Below, in pieces: positions 10,584-22,464 of a stretch of 64,000 nt of DNA. The DNA comes from Nitrospira sp. (GTDB taxonomy: Bacteria; Nitrospirota; Nitrospiria; Nitrospirales; Nitrospiraceae): contig AP038806.1 in assembly GCA_047150005.1 (NCBI GenBank), positions 3,040,001 to 3,104,000 of the forward strand. Direction: 5' to 3'. The notes under the pieces are model-generated. The model did no database searches and had not been told where the DNA came from. It saw only the letters and a list, made by a program, of their open reading frames with translations. The translations under genes and the position numbers were made by a program. Position 1 is the first letter of the stretch. Each line of letters opens with the position of its first letter.

Positions 10584-13500
10584 ATGGTCAGGTTCTTCAT
10601 CCATCGGCCCATCGTGGCCATGGTGATCGCGATCCTCACCGTGCTCGTGGGGATTGTCTCCGTCTTCCGCCTTCCCGTCGCCCAGTTTCCCAACCTGGTC
10701 CCGCCGGAAATTCAAGTCCAGACGACCTATCTGGGCGCCGATGCGCTGTCGGTCGAGCAGGCGGTCGCCACACCGCTGGAACAGCAGATCAACGGCGTGG
10801 ACCACATGCTCTACATGTACTCGACGAGCGCCGGCAGCGGGCAGATGACCCTCCGCGTGGCCTTCGACCTCGATACGGATCCGAACACCGACCAGGTGCT
10901 CACACAGATGCGGCAGACGATCGCCGTGCCGCAGTTGCCGGACGCCGTTCAGCAGTACGGCATCACCAATCCGAAAGCGCTCAGCAGCCCCTTGATGCTG
11001 CTCTCGCTCTATTCCCCGAAGGGCACCTACGACGCGACGTTTCTCGCCAATTACGCCTTCATCAACATCAACGATCCCCTGACGCGCGTGCCGGGGGTCG
11101 GCCAGGTCCAATTGTTCGGCGCGGGCCAGTATGCGATGCGCCTCTGGTTGAAGCCCGACCAGCTGGCCAAGCTCGAACTGACCGTGACGGATCTGGTCAA
11201 CGCCATCAACCAGCAGAATACGGTCAATCCGGCGGGCCAAGTCGGAGCGGAGCCGGTTCCGGCCGGGCAGGAGTTTACCTACACCGTTCGCGCCCAGGGC
11301 CGTCTCGTCACCGAAGAAGAGTTCGGCAACATCGTGGTCCGCGCCAATGAGGACGGGTCGTTCGTCCGGTTGCGCGACGTGGCGCGGGCCGAGCTGGGCG
11401 CCCAGATGTACAACGTGCTGGGCCGATTGGACGGAGCTCCCGCCGCCGTCATTGCCGTGTACCAGCTACCGGGCTCCAACGCGATCGACACGGTCAAGCA
11501 GCTACGGTCGCTCATGGACGAGATGAAGGCGCGGTTTCCGGACGATCTGGACTACGTGGTGTCGCTGGACACGACGCTGGCGGTGACGGAAGGGCTGCAC
11601 GAGATCTTCACGACCTTGTGGGAAGCCATTGTCTTGGTGATCCTGGTGGTGTTTCTGTTTCTGCAGAGCTGGCGGGCGACGTTGATTCCGCTCTTGGCGG
11701 TGCCGGTCTCCCTGATCGGCACGTTTGCGATCTTTCCGCTGCTGGGGTTCTCCATCAACACGCTATCGCTGTTCGGGCTGGTGCTGGCGATCGGCTTGGT
11801 GGTGGACGACGCGATCGTGGTGGTGGAGGCGGTGGAGCACCATATTGAAAAGGGGATGGGGCCGCGGGAGGCGACGCTGAAGGCGATGGAGGAGGTGGCG
11901 GGGCCGGTGGTGGCGATTGCATTGATCCTGGCGGCAGTGTTCGTGCCGACGGCGTTTATTCCGGGGATTACGGGGCGGTTATACCAGCAGTTTGCGGTGA
12001 CGATTGCGGTGTCGGTGCTGTTGTCGGCGGTGAACGCGTTGACGTTGAGTCCGGCGCTGGCGGCGTTGCTATTGAAGCCGAAAGAGCCGATGCGGGGGAT
12101 CGTGGGCCGGTTCTTTGGGTGGTTCAACGGGGCGTTTGCGCGGCTGACGGATCGGTACGTGGGGCTGTGCGGGGGCTTGATGCAGAAGGCGGGGCGGACG
12201 CTGGTGGGGCTGGCGGTGGTCACGGTATTGGCCGGCCTCCTGGGCGCCCGCCTGCCCGGCGGATTTGTCCCTTCCGAAGATCAAGGGTTTTTTTACGTGA
12301 ACGTACAGTTGCCGGAAGCGGCCTCGTTGCAGCGGACGGATCGGGTCTCACGAAAGATCGAGCAGATTCTCCATGATGCGCCGGGCGTGGCCTCCTTTAC
12401 CGTGACGGTCGGCTACAGCTTCTTGAGCCAAGTCAGCACGACTTACAACGCCTACTTCTCAGTCAATCTGAAGCCATGGCACGAACGAAAAAGCCGTGAA
12501 GAGCAATATGAAGCCATCCTGGCGCATGTGAACGGGGAGTTGGCCAAACTTCCCGAGGCGGAAGCCTTCGCGTTTTCCCCGCCGCCGATCCCAGGCATCG
12601 GCACAGCCGGCGGCACGACGATGATGCTCGAAGATCGTGTCGGCCGCGGTGTCGAGTTCCTGGCCGAGCAGACGCAGCGGTTCATCGCTGCGGCGAGGCA
12701 GCGTCCCGAATTCGCGAGCGTGACCACGACCTTGCTCCCGAACGTGCCGCAACTCTTTGCGCGGATCGACCAGGCCAAGGCGTTGAAGCAGGGGGTGCCG
12801 CTCGCCGACATCTATCAGACCCTTCAGGCGTTCATGGGTGGGCCCTTCATCAACTACTTCAACCGGTTTGGGCGGCAATGGCAGGTCTATCTGATGGCGG
12901 AGGGGGAATATCGGGCTCGCGCCGAAAACATCGGCCAGTTCTACGTTCGCAACAATGAAGGCCAGATGGTGCCGCTCTCGACGCTGGTGAATATCCAGCC
13001 GACCGCCGGGCCGGAGTTCACGATCCGGTTCAACGAATATCGGGCGGCGCAGATCAACGCCGTTCCGGCGCCCGGCTACAGTTCCGGGCAGGCCATGCGG
13101 GCGTTGGAGGAGGTGTTTGCCGCGACGATGCCGAGCGAGATGGGCTTCGACTACATGGGGATGTCCTATCAGGAGAAGACGGCGGCCCAAGGCGTCCCGC
13201 CGGGTGTCATCTTCGGGTTCTCACTGCTGTTCGTCTTTCTCATTCTCGCGGCGCAGTACGAAAGCTGGGCCTTGCCGTTCAGCGTGTTGTTGGCCACGCC
13301 GATCTCGGTCTTCGGCGCCTTTGCCGCGCTGTGGATCCGGGGCATCGAAAACGACGTGTATTCGCAGATCGGACTGGTCATGCTGATCGGATTGGGCGCC
13401 AAGAACGCGATCTTGATCGTCGAGTTCGCCAAAATGGAGGTCGAAAACGGACGGTCTCCCTGGGATGCGGCGCTGGCCGGAGCCCGGTTGCGCCTGCGGC

Positions 13501-13754
13501 CGATTCTGATGACCGCCTTCGCGTTCATTCTCGGCGTGATGCCGCTGGCCCTCGCATCGGGCGCGGGAGCGCATTCCAGAATCGTCCTGGGCAGCGCCGT
13601 GATCGGCGGCATGTTGGCGGCGAGCGTGCTGGCGATCTTCTTGATCCCCGTCTCGTTCTACGTGGTCGAACGGTTGGCCGGTGGGAGCCGGCAGCTCACG
13701 ACACCGTCCTCCGTCCAGCCGGTGCCGATCGGCCATGTGCCGGAGCAGACGTGA
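10584..13754 (+). CDS. RND (HAE1/AcrB-type) permease, copy 1
   Basis: FFIHRPI, GLVVDDAIVVVE, KNAILIVEFA, RLRPILMT. Confidence 0.95.
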   Translation: MVRFFIHRPIVAMVIAILTVLVGIVSVFRLPVAQFPNLVPPEIQVQTTYLGADALSVEQAVATPLEQQINGVDHMLYMYSTSAGSGQMTLRVAFDLDTDPNTDQVLTQMRQTIAVPQLPDAVQQYGITNPKALSSPLMLLSLYSPKGTYDATFLANYAFININDPLTRVPGVGQVQLFGAGQYAMRLWLKPDQLAKLELTVTDLVNAINQQNTVNPAGQVGAEPVPAGQEFTYTVRAQGRLVTEEEFGNIVVRANEDGSFVRLRDVARAELGAQMYNVLGRLDGAPAAVIAVYQLPGSNAIDTVKQLRSLMDEMKARFPDDLDYVVSLDTTLAVTEGLHEIFTTLWEAIVLVILVVFLFLQSWRATLIPLLAVPVSLIGTFAIFPLLGFSINTLSLFGLVLAIGLVVDDAIVVVEAVEHHIEKGMGPREATLKAMEEVAGPVVAIALILAAVFVPTAFIPGITGRLYQQFAVTIAVSVLLSAVNALTLSPALAALLLKPKEPMRGIVGRFFGWFNGAFARLTDRYVGLCGGLMQKAGRTLVGLAVVTVLAGLLGARLPGGFVPSEDQGFFYVNVQLPEAASLQRTDRVSRKIEQILHDAPGVASFTVTVGYSFLSQVSTTYNAYFSVNLKPWHERKSREEQYEAILAHVNGELAKLPEAEAFAFSPPPIPGIGTAGGTTMMLEDRVGRGVEFLAEQTQRFIAAARQRPEFASVTTTLLPNVPQLFARIDQAKALKQGVPLADIYQTLQAFMGGPFINYFNRFGRQWQVYLMAEGEYRARAENIGQFYVRNNEGQMVPLSTLVNIQPTAGPEFTIRFNEYRAAQINAVPAPGYSSGQAMRALEEVFAATMPSEMGFDYMGMSYQEKTAAQGVPPGVIFGFSLLFVFLILAAQYESWALPFSVLLATPISVFGAFAALWIRGIENDVYSQIGLVMLIGLGAKNAILIVEFAKMEVENGRSPWDAALAGARLRLRPILMTAFAFILGVMPLALASGAGAHSRIVLGSAVIGGMLAASVLAIFLIPVSFYVVERLAGGSRQLTTPSSVQPVPIGHVPEQT
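11514..12262 (+). repeat. 749-bp block identical to 14709-15457
   Basis: Sequence match at offset 3195; identical sense and antisense translations in the ORF track. Confidence 0.9.
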
Positions 13755-13775
13755 GCATCTCATAGACCGAGCTCG

Positions 13776-16700
13776 ATGATGACGAGATTCTTCATCAATC
13801 GTCCGATCGTGGCGATCGTGATCTCGATCCTGCTGGTTTTGCTGGGCGGGGTCTCGATCCTCCGGCTTCCGGTGGCGCAGTTCCCGAAAATCGCGCCGCC
13901 TGAAGTGATGTTGCAGGGCACCTACGTCGGCGCCGATGCCATCACGGTCGAACAATCGGTGGCCACGCCGCTCGAGCAGCAGATGAGTGGGGTTGATCGC
14001 ATGCTCTACATGTATTCGATCAACGGCAGTAACGGCCAGACGACCCTCCGGGTGAATTTCGACGTCGCGACGGAACCCAACGTCGACCAGTTGCTGGCCC
14101 ACATGCGTTACGCGCAGGCGGAACCACAGTTGCCGCAGGAAGTCCGCAAGTACGGCGTCACGATCCGCAAATCGTTCGGCATTCCGCTCGTGTTGTTCGC
14201 GCTCCAGTCTCCTAACGGCACCTATGACGCCCGGTTTCTGGCCAACTACGCCTATATCAATCTGTCCGATCCGCTGGCGCGCGATCCCGGCGTCGGGCAG
14301 ATCACGATCTTTGGTGCGGGCCAGTATGCGATGCGGCTCTGGGTGCATCCGGACCAACTGGCCAAACTGGGGGTGACGGTCAAAGACATCTTGCAGGCGT
14401 TGAAGCAGCAAAATGTCGTGACGCCGGTCGGCCAGGTCGGGGCGGAGCCGGTTCCCGGGGGACAGGAATTCACCTATACGGTTCGTACCGAAGGCCGCCT
14501 GGTGACCGAGGAGGAGTTTGCGGGCATCATCATCAGGGCCAACAAGGACGGGTCGTTCGTCCGGCTGCGCGACGTCGGCCGGGCGGAACTCGGCGCGCAG
14601 CTCTATAACTTCGTGTCCCGCTTAAATGGAAAACCGACGGCCGTGATCGCCGTCTATCAGCTGCCCGGGTCCAATGCGATCGACACGGTGAGCCGGCTGA
14701 AGCAGAAGATGGACGAGATGAAGGCGCGGTTTCCGGACGATCTGGACTACGTGGTGTCGCTGGACACGACGCTGGCGGTGACGGAAGGGCTGCACGAGAT
14801 CTTCACGACCTTGTGGGAAGCCATTGTCTTGGTGATCCTGGTGGTGTTTCTGTTTCTGCAGAGCTGGCGGGCGACGTTGATTCCGCTCTTGGCGGTGCCG
14901 GTCTCCCTGATCGGCACGTTTGCGATCTTTCCGCTGCTGGGGTTCTCCATCAACACGCTATCGCTGTTCGGGCTGGTGCTGGCGATCGGCTTGGTGGTGG
15001 ACGACGCGATCGTGGTGGTGGAGGCGGTGGAGCACCATATTGAAAAGGGGATGGGGCCGCGGGAGGCGACGCTGAAGGCGATGGAGGAGGTGGCGGGGCC
15101 GGTGGTGGCGATTGCATTGATCCTGGCGGCAGTGTTCGTGCCGACGGCGTTTATTCCGGGGATTACGGGGCGGTTATACCAGCAGTTTGCGGTGACGATT
15201 GCGGTGTCGGTGCTGTTGTCGGCGGTGAACGCGTTGACGTTGAGTCCGGCGCTGGCGGCGTTGCTATTGAAGCCGAAAGAGCCGATGCGGGGGATCGTGG
15301 GCCGGTTCTTTGGGTGGTTCAACGGGGCGTTTGCGCGGCTGACGGATCGGTACGTGGGGCTGTGCGGGGGCTTGATGCAGAAGGCGGGGCGGACGCTGGT
15401 GGGGCTGGCGGTGGTCACGGTATTGGCCGGCCTCCTGGGCGCCCGCCTGCCCGGCGGGTTCATTCCATTGGAAGATACCGGCTACTTCCTGCTCAATGTC
15501 CAATTGCCCGCCGCCGCGTCTCTTCAACGGACGGATGCCGTGATGAAAAAGGTCGATGCCGTGTTGGCCGAGACGCCCGGCGTCGAATTCTACACGACAG
15601 TGTCGGGCTACGGCGTGCTGAGCCAGACCTTCACCACCTACAATGCCGTCGTGTTCGTGGCGCTGAAACCATGGGAAGACCGGAAAAGCGCCGAGCAACG
15701 CTACCGGGCGATCCTCGTCGGATTGAACAAGCGATTGAGTCAGATGCCCGAGGCCATTGCCTTCGCCTTTCCTCCGCCGGCCATCCCAGGCGTGGGAAAC
15801 TCCGGGGGTGTGACGTTTATCTTGGAGGATCGCTCAGGCGGAACGTTCGAGTTTCTTGCCGCTCAAACCGAACGGTTTCTGGACGTGGCGTCGAAGCGGC
15901 CCGAAATGGCTCGGGTGGTGACGACGCTGATCGCCGGCACGCCGCAATGGTTCGCCGAGGTGGATCGCGACAAGGCGCTTAAACAGGGCGTGGCGCTCCA
16001 AGATGTCTATCAAACGCTGCAGACCTTCATGGGCGGCGCGCTGGTGAACTACTTCAACCGGTTCGGGCGTCTCTGGCAGGTGTATGTGGAAGCGGAGCCG
16101 GAATACCGGACCAAGGCCGAGCAGGTCGGCCAGTTCTACGTGCAGAACAATGCGAAACAGATGGTGCCGCTTTCCACGTTGGTCACAATGAAGCCGATCA
16201 ACGGCCCGGAGTTCACCATGCGGTACAACGAATATCGATCGGCGCAGATCAATGCGATGCCGGCGCCGGGCTACAGCACGAGCGAAGTGATGGCCGCTCT
16301 TGAAGCGATCTTCCACGAAACCATGCCCAAGGAGATGGGTTTCGACTACATGGGCATGTCCTACCAGGAAAAGGTCGCGGCTGAAGGGGTCCCGCCGGCG
16401 GTGATTTTCGGATTCTCGCTGCTGTTCGTCTTTCTCATCCTCGCGGCGCAATACGAGAGTTGGGCGCTACCGGTCAGCGTGCTGCTGGCGACTCCGATCT
16501 CCGTCTTCGGCGCCTTCGGGGCTCTGTGGGCGATCGGCCTGGAAAACGACGTGTACAGCCAGATCGGATTGGTCATGTTGATCGGATTGAGCGCGAAGAA
16601 CGCGATCCTGATCGTCGAGTTTGCCAAGATGGAAGTCGAGAAAGGCCGTCCCATTATCGAGGCGGCACTGGCCGGCGCCCGCCTGAGGCTGCGGCCGATC

Positions 16701-16925
16701 CTCATGACGGCCTTCGCGTTCATCCTCGGTGTTCTGCCGCTCGCGCTGGCGTCCGGCGCCGGCGCCCATGCCAGGGTGATCCTGGGCTTTACCGTATTGG
16801 GCGGCATGCTCGCCGCCAGTCTGCTCGCAATCCTGGTCATTCCAGTCCTGTATTACCTTGTCGAACGGTGGGTCATGGAACGAAAGGCCGGCGGAAGGAC
16901 TGCGGCGCCTGTCACGGCGCCTTAG
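13776..16925 (+). CDS. RND (HAE1/AcrB-type) permease, copy 2
   Basis: Same motifs as copy 1. Confidence 0.95.
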   Translation: MMTRFFINRPIVAIVISILLVLLGGVSILRLPVAQFPKIAPPEVMLQGTYVGADAITVEQSVATPLEQQMSGVDRMLYMYSINGSNGQTTLRVNFDVATEPNVDQLLAHMRYAQAEPQLPQEVRKYGVTIRKSFGIPLVLFALQSPNGTYDARFLANYAYINLSDPLARDPGVGQITIFGAGQYAMRLWVHPDQLAKLGVTVKDILQALKQQNVVTPVGQVGAEPVPGGQEFTYTVRTEGRLVTEEEFAGIIIRANKDGSFVRLRDVGRAELGAQLYNFVSRLNGKPTAVIAVYQLPGSNAIDTVSRLKQKMDEMKARFPDDLDYVVSLDTTLAVTEGLHEIFTTLWEAIVLVILVVFLFLQSWRATLIPLLAVPVSLIGTFAIFPLLGFSINTLSLFGLVLAIGLVVDDAIVVVEAVEHHIEKGMGPREATLKAMEEVAGPVVAIALILAAVFVPTAFIPGITGRLYQQFAVTIAVSVLLSAVNALTLSPALAALLLKPKEPMRGIVGRFFGWFNGAFARLTDRYVGLCGGLMQKAGRTLVGLAVVTVLAGLLGARLPGGFIPLEDTGYFLLNVQLPAAASLQRTDAVMKKVDAVLAETPGVEFYTTVSGYGVLSQTFTTYNAVVFVALKPWEDRKSAEQRYRAILVGLNKRLSQMPEAIAFAFPPPAIPGVGNSGGVTFILEDRSGGTFEFLAAQTERFLDVASKRPEMARVVTTLIAGTPQWFAEVDRDKALKQGVALQDVYQTLQTFMGGALVNYFNRFGRLWQVYVEAEPEYRTKAEQVGQFYVQNNAKQMVPLSTLVTMKPINGPEFTMRYNEYRSAQINAMPAPGYSTSEVMAALEAIFHETMPKEMGFDYMGMSYQEKVAAEGVPPAVIFGFSLLFVFLILAAQYESWALPVSVLLATPISVFGAFGALWAIGLENDVYSQIGLVMLIGLSAKNAILIVEFAKMEVEKGRPIIEAALAGARLRLRPILMTAFAFILGVLPLALASGAGAHARVILGFTVLGGMLAASLLAILVIPVLYYLVERWVMERKAGGRTAAPVTAP
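14709..15457 (+). repeat. 749-bp block identical to 11514-12262
   Basis: As above. Confidence 0.9.
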
Positions 16926-16949
16926 CCGGCAGGAGAAGGGGGGAAAACG

Positions 16950-18443
16950 ATGTATCGCTGGAGCATACTCCTGTTGCTGGTGACCGTGTCGGCCGGATGC
17001 AAGATGGGGCCGAACTATGCGCGCCCCGACATGCCGTCCGCGGAGTCCTGGAGAGTGGCGCCAGCCGCTTCCGAATCGATCGCCAATTTATCTTGGTGGG
17101 ATCTCCTCAAGGACAAAGAGTTGCAGAATGTGATGCAAATCGCGCTCACGGAAAATCAGGACGTCCGGACCGCGATGGCTTCCGTCGATCAATATCGCGC
17201 CCAGCTCGTCATGACCAAATGGGACCTGGCTCCGTCGCTGTCCTACGGGGCGTCGGCCTTCATGTATCACACGTCCGGAGGAGACGCGACGACGATTCCA
17301 GGCGGCGGCGGCGCGATCGTCCTGCCGAGTCAGGGAGGACAGGACAGCACGACCTTTTCCAATACGGTCGGGTTCGGGAATTTGAAATGGGAACTGGACC
17401 TGTGGGGGCGGCTGCGGCGCGCCGTCGAGGCATCGGAGGCGCAGATGTTCTCCCAGGAGGAGAACCAGCGGGCGGTGATTTTGAATCTCGTCGGCAGCGT
17501 GGGCGAGGCCTATTTCGGGCTGCGGTCATTGGATCTCCAAGTCGATATCACGAAGCGTACGCTCAAGTCGTGGGAAGAATCCGTTCGGCTTTCACAGCTT
17601 CGCTACAAGCAGGGCTACATTCCCAAATTGGATCTCGATCGGTTCGAAGCGGAACGGGCAGGCACCGCGGCGAAACTTGCCGACCTCGAAAAACAGGTCG
17701 TGCAGAAAGAAAACCAGCTCAACGCGCTCATGGGCCGCAAGCCGGCGGCCATCACACGCGGCTTGCCGTTGACGGAGCAGCCCATGCCGCCGGCCGTGCC
17801 GGCCGGTCTGCCGTCGGAATTGTTGCAGCGGCGGCCGGATCTGCAGCAGGCCGAACAGACGCTCGCCGCCGCGACCGCCAACATCGGCGTCGCGCAGGCG
17901 CAGCGGTTTCCGCAGTTCGCGTTGACCGGCGCCGTCGGAGGCGCGAACGCGAATCTCAGCGGGACGTCGATCGGGCCGTTGTTCATTCAAAACGTCGCGG
18001 CGTCGCTGACCGGTCCGCTGCTCAACGCGAGCGCGTTGGGTTATCAGGTGAGCGTCAACGAAATGAAGGCGCGGCAAGCGGCGCTGCAATACGAGAAGGC
18101 CGTCGTGAACGCGTTCAAGGAAGTCGAGGACGCGCTGATCGCCGTGCAAAAAACGCGGGAGCAACGAGAGGCGCAAGAGCAGCAAGTCGCTGCACTGCAA
18201 TCCGCGCTCAAGTTCGCCGATCAGCGCTATCAAGGCGGACGCGCCAGCTACCTCGACGTGCTCACAAGCCAACGAAGTCTGTTCGATGCGGAATTGGCGC
18301 TCGCGCGCACGTTGCAAACACAACTGGTGTCCGTCGTGCAACTCTACGCGGCGCTCGGTGGAGGCTGGTCGGTGACGGAGCATCCTGAGCACAATCTGCC
18401 CGATCCGCGCGTGAGTCAACGCGTCTCGCAAACCACGCATTGA
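16950..18443 (+). CDS. RND outer membrane factor lipoprotein (NodT/OprM-like)
   Basis: AGCKMGPNY lipobox, WELDLWG, PSELLQRRPD, LYAALGGGW. Confidence 0.93.
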   Translation: MYRWSILLLLVTVSAGCKMGPNYARPDMPSAESWRVAPAASESIANLSWWDLLKDKELQNVMQIALTENQDVRTAMASVDQYRAQLVMTKWDLAPSLSYGASAFMYHTSGGDATTIPGGGGAIVLPSQGGQDSTTFSNTVGFGNLKWELDLWGRLRRAVEASEAQMFSQEENQRAVILNLVGSVGEAYFGLRSLDLQVDITKRTLKSWEESVRLSQLRYKQGYIPKLDLDRFEAERAGTAAKLADLEKQVVQKENQLNALMGRKPAAITRGLPLTEQPMPPAVPAGLPSELLQRRPDLQQAEQTLAAATANIGVAQAQRFPQFALTGAVGGANANLSGTSIGPLFIQNVAASLTGPLLNASALGYQVSVNEMKARQAALQYEKAVVNAFKEVEDALIAVQKTREQREAQEQQVAALQSALKFADQRYQGGRASYLDVLTSQRSLFDAELALARTLQTQLVSVVQLYAALGGGWSVTEHPEHNLPDPRVSQRVSQTTH

Positions 18444-18507
18444 ATGATGTGAAAGAGTCGACTGAAAGCCAAGGGGCGGCCAGACGTACCGAGTCATGAG
18501 GTGATGT

Positions 18508-18915
18508 ATGGTGACGTCGCTCTTGCTTCTGTTCAAGTTTGGATACGATCTCATCAAGCGGTTGGTCCATGATGCCTATTTCAGGGCTCTAGGCAGCGCC
18601 CTCCTCACGATGCTTGTGGTCGGCACACTGTTCTTCTGGTTGGCCGAAGGACAAACCTTGCTGCATGCCCTGGCCTATTCGGCGGCGACGATGGCGATGA
18701 ATTCTCCCTATGGAATCGGTTGGGGTCCCCAGACGACCGGCGGCACTCTCTTTAACATCGTCTATCTCTTCTTTAGCGTTGGGATCTTCCTCCTCTTTGT
18801 TCTCGAAGCAGGGAAGACCATGGTTCAGTCGTACGAAGAGGTCTTCAAGAAGATGGCCGAGCGTAAGGCACTGAAACGTACGGAATCGCAGGCCACCACG
18901 AAAACGATTCCGTGA
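18508..18915 (+). CDS. 2TM ion-channel-like membrane protein with a non-canonical filter
   Basis: GTLFFWLAEG-pore helix-YG..PQT..G layout, but TMAMNSPYG replaces TTVGYG. Confidence 0.55.
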   Translation: MVTSLLLLFKFGYDLIKRLVHDAYFRALGSALLTMLVVGTLFFWLAEGQTLLHALAYSAATMAMNSPYGIGWGPQTTGGTLFNIVYLFFSVGIFLLFVLEAGKTMVQSYEEVFKKMAERKALKRTESQATTKTIP

Positions 18916-18994
18916 ACAAGAGCCGTCATCTCCTCGCAGCGGTTCTCTTGGGGTCTATGGAACGGGCAGCCACGTTCAAGAATAGGCTCATCCG

Positions 18995-20077
18995 ATGACA
19001 CCTTTGATACGTGGGTTGCTGATCTTTCTCCCGGTGACGATCGTTCTGGAGCGCGCGGGCTCGGCGCCGATGCCGGTCGTCTTCGCGTGTGCCGCGCTGG
19101 CGATCGTCCCCCTTGCGGCGTTGATCGTGCATTCGACCGAACATCTGGCTGCGCGCACGGGCGACGCGATCGGTGGCTTGCTCAACGCGACGTTCGGCAA
19201 CACGCCGGAACTGATCATCTCGTTCGCGGCTCTCAGAGCAGGCTATGGGGATATGGTGCGGGCTTCCATTGTCGGAGGGATTCTCGCAAATCTTCTCCTC
19301 GCCATGGGCGCGGCCTTTCTCCTGGGCGGCGCCCGACATCACGAGCAGAAATACAATCCCGTCGCAGCCCGAATGAACGGCACGATGATGTTGATGGCAG
19401 CCGTCAGCATGATGGTGCCGAGCGCGTTCAGTCGCCATTTCGCAGAGGAGAGCGGGGTGGGCAACGAGCACCTTCTGAACATCGGGATCGCCTGCGTCTT
19501 GTTGCTGGCGTACGTCCTGTATCTCGTGTTCTCGTTGAAAACGCACCCTGGTTCATTCGCCAGCGTGGAGGCAGGGAAGGAGGCGGAGGATGAAGGACGA
19601 GCCTGGAGTGTCCCGCGTGCGATTGCCAGCTTGATTGGGACCTCGGTTCTGGCCGCCTGGATGAGCGAGATTCTTGTCGGGGCCGCGGAGGGTACGGGAA
19701 AAGCCCTCGGCATGTCGCAAATGTTCATTGGTATTATTTTCATCGCCGTCGTCGGCGGTGCTGCGGAGATCGGCGCGGCCATAGCCATGGCGCGGAAGAA
19801 CCGCATGGACTTGTCTGTTGGGATTTCCATGGGCAGTTCCATGCAGATCGCGCTGTTTGTCGCGCCGGTCTTGGTGCTCGCGAGTCACCTCATTGCGCCG
19901 CATCCGCTCGACTTGTCGTTCACTCAAGTGGAAATTTGGGCGCTGTTTCTCGGAGTGCTTGTCGGTGCGATTGTCTGTGGGGACGGTCAGTCCAATTGGT
20001 TCAAGGGTGTCCAATTGATCACGATCTATGTCATCTTCGCCCTCATGTTCTATTTCGTGCCTGCCGGTCAGCACTGA
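18995..20077 (+). CDS. cax: Ca2+/H+ exchanger (CAX family)
   Basis: GGLLNATFGNTPE, GGAAE, GSSMQIALFVAP, DGQSNWFKG. Confidence 0.9.
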   Translation: MTPLIRGLLIFLPVTIVLERAGSAPMPVVFACAALAIVPLAALIVHSTEHLAARTGDAIGGLLNATFGNTPELIISFAALRAGYGDMVRASIVGGILANLLLAMGAAFLLGGARHHEQKYNPVAARMNGTMMLMAAVSMMVPSAFSRHFAEESGVGNEHLLNIGIACVLLLAYVLYLVFSLKTHPGSFASVEAGKEAEDEGRAWSVPRAIASLIGTSVLAAWMSEILVGAAEGTGKALGMSQMFIGIIFIAVVGGAAEIGAAIAMARKNRMDLSVGISMGSSMQIALFVAPVLVLASHLIAPHPLDLSFTQVEIWALFLGVLVGAIVCGDGQSNWFKGVQLITIYVIFALMFYFVPAGQH

Positions 20078-20409
20078 CGAGAACGTGAATGAGAAATGCT
20101 TGTGGGCAAAATTGCATCGAAACGAACCTGGATTCAACAATGTGTCGTGACCACCAAGAGTTTCGTAAGCGACCATCATGGCGGAATAGTTGCGGTCACC
20201 GATGTCGTCATGCGTGGACGATGCCGTCATGCGTGGAAAGGGCGGCTTGAGCAGTGTTTTTTTTCAGTACGAGCATCTTGACTCTCTAAGAAAGTCCTGT
20301 TATCTTCCCCAAGCGTTTTGTGCTCCTGCCTGTTGACCGCGCCTGACGGCGAGTCACGGTGCGGTTCCAAAGGGAAACTACCCGAAGCCAAAAGCTCCGA
20401 GCACGTCCC

Positions 20410-20438
20410 TTGACACGTGACTGCGCACGATGTATAGT
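20410..20438 (+). promoter_or_regulatory. rrn promoter
   Basis: TTGACA-N17-TATAGT upstream of 16S. Confidence 0.8.
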
Positions 20439-20470
20439 GCACGGCCCGCGTGATGAGCGCGAGTGCGAAC

Positions 20471-20491
20471 TGTTCTTTGACAACTGAATAG
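20471..20491 (+). promoter_or_regulatory. boxA-like antitermination element
   Basis: TGTTCTTTGACAACTGAATAG, repeated at ~22604 before the 23S. Confidence 0.7.
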
Positions 20492-20557
20492 AGGACGATG
20501 AGCAAAGGTGTAAGGTGTATTGAAGTGGTGGCCCTTGGTCCAATTTGAAAGCAACAC

Positions 20558-22106
<1,549 letters not shown>

Positions 22107-22249
22107 TCACTGACTCTGAAGAAAATCTCGGGCTAAGGGCCACCTCTTCAATACATTCTTACGCTCAATAATTAGTGAGGGTTCAGACGGCGACGCTCCG
22201 TGAGGGGCGATCGAGACGGATACGGGCCCTGGTCGCTTCAGACTCAGCT

Positions 22250-22326
22250 GGGCCTGTAGCTCAGTTGGTTAGAGCACGCGCTTGATAAGCGCGGGGTCGA
22301 TAGTTCAACTCTATCCAGGCCCACCA
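22250..22326 (+). tRNA. tRNA-Ile(GAT)
   Basis: Cloverleaf, loop TTGATAA, encoded CCA. Confidence 0.97.
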
Positions 22327-22388
22327 TCTGAGTCCTGATCCGGCGCATCGCGCAGTGAATCAGGCGCAGACTCTTTCCTTCGAGAGAT

Positions 22389-22464
22389 GGGGCTGTAGCT
22401 CAGTTGGGAGAGCACCTGCTTTGCAAGCAGGGGGTCGTCGGTTCAATTCCGTCCAGCTCCACCA
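22389..22464 (+). tRNA. tRNA-Ala(TGC)
   Basis: Cloverleaf, loop TTTGCAA, encoded CCA. Confidence 0.97.

Noticed and set aside
16460..18388. 642-aa alternative-frame ORF over the RND/OMF genes
   Set aside because: Arg/Gly-rich shadow frame typical of high-GC DNA.
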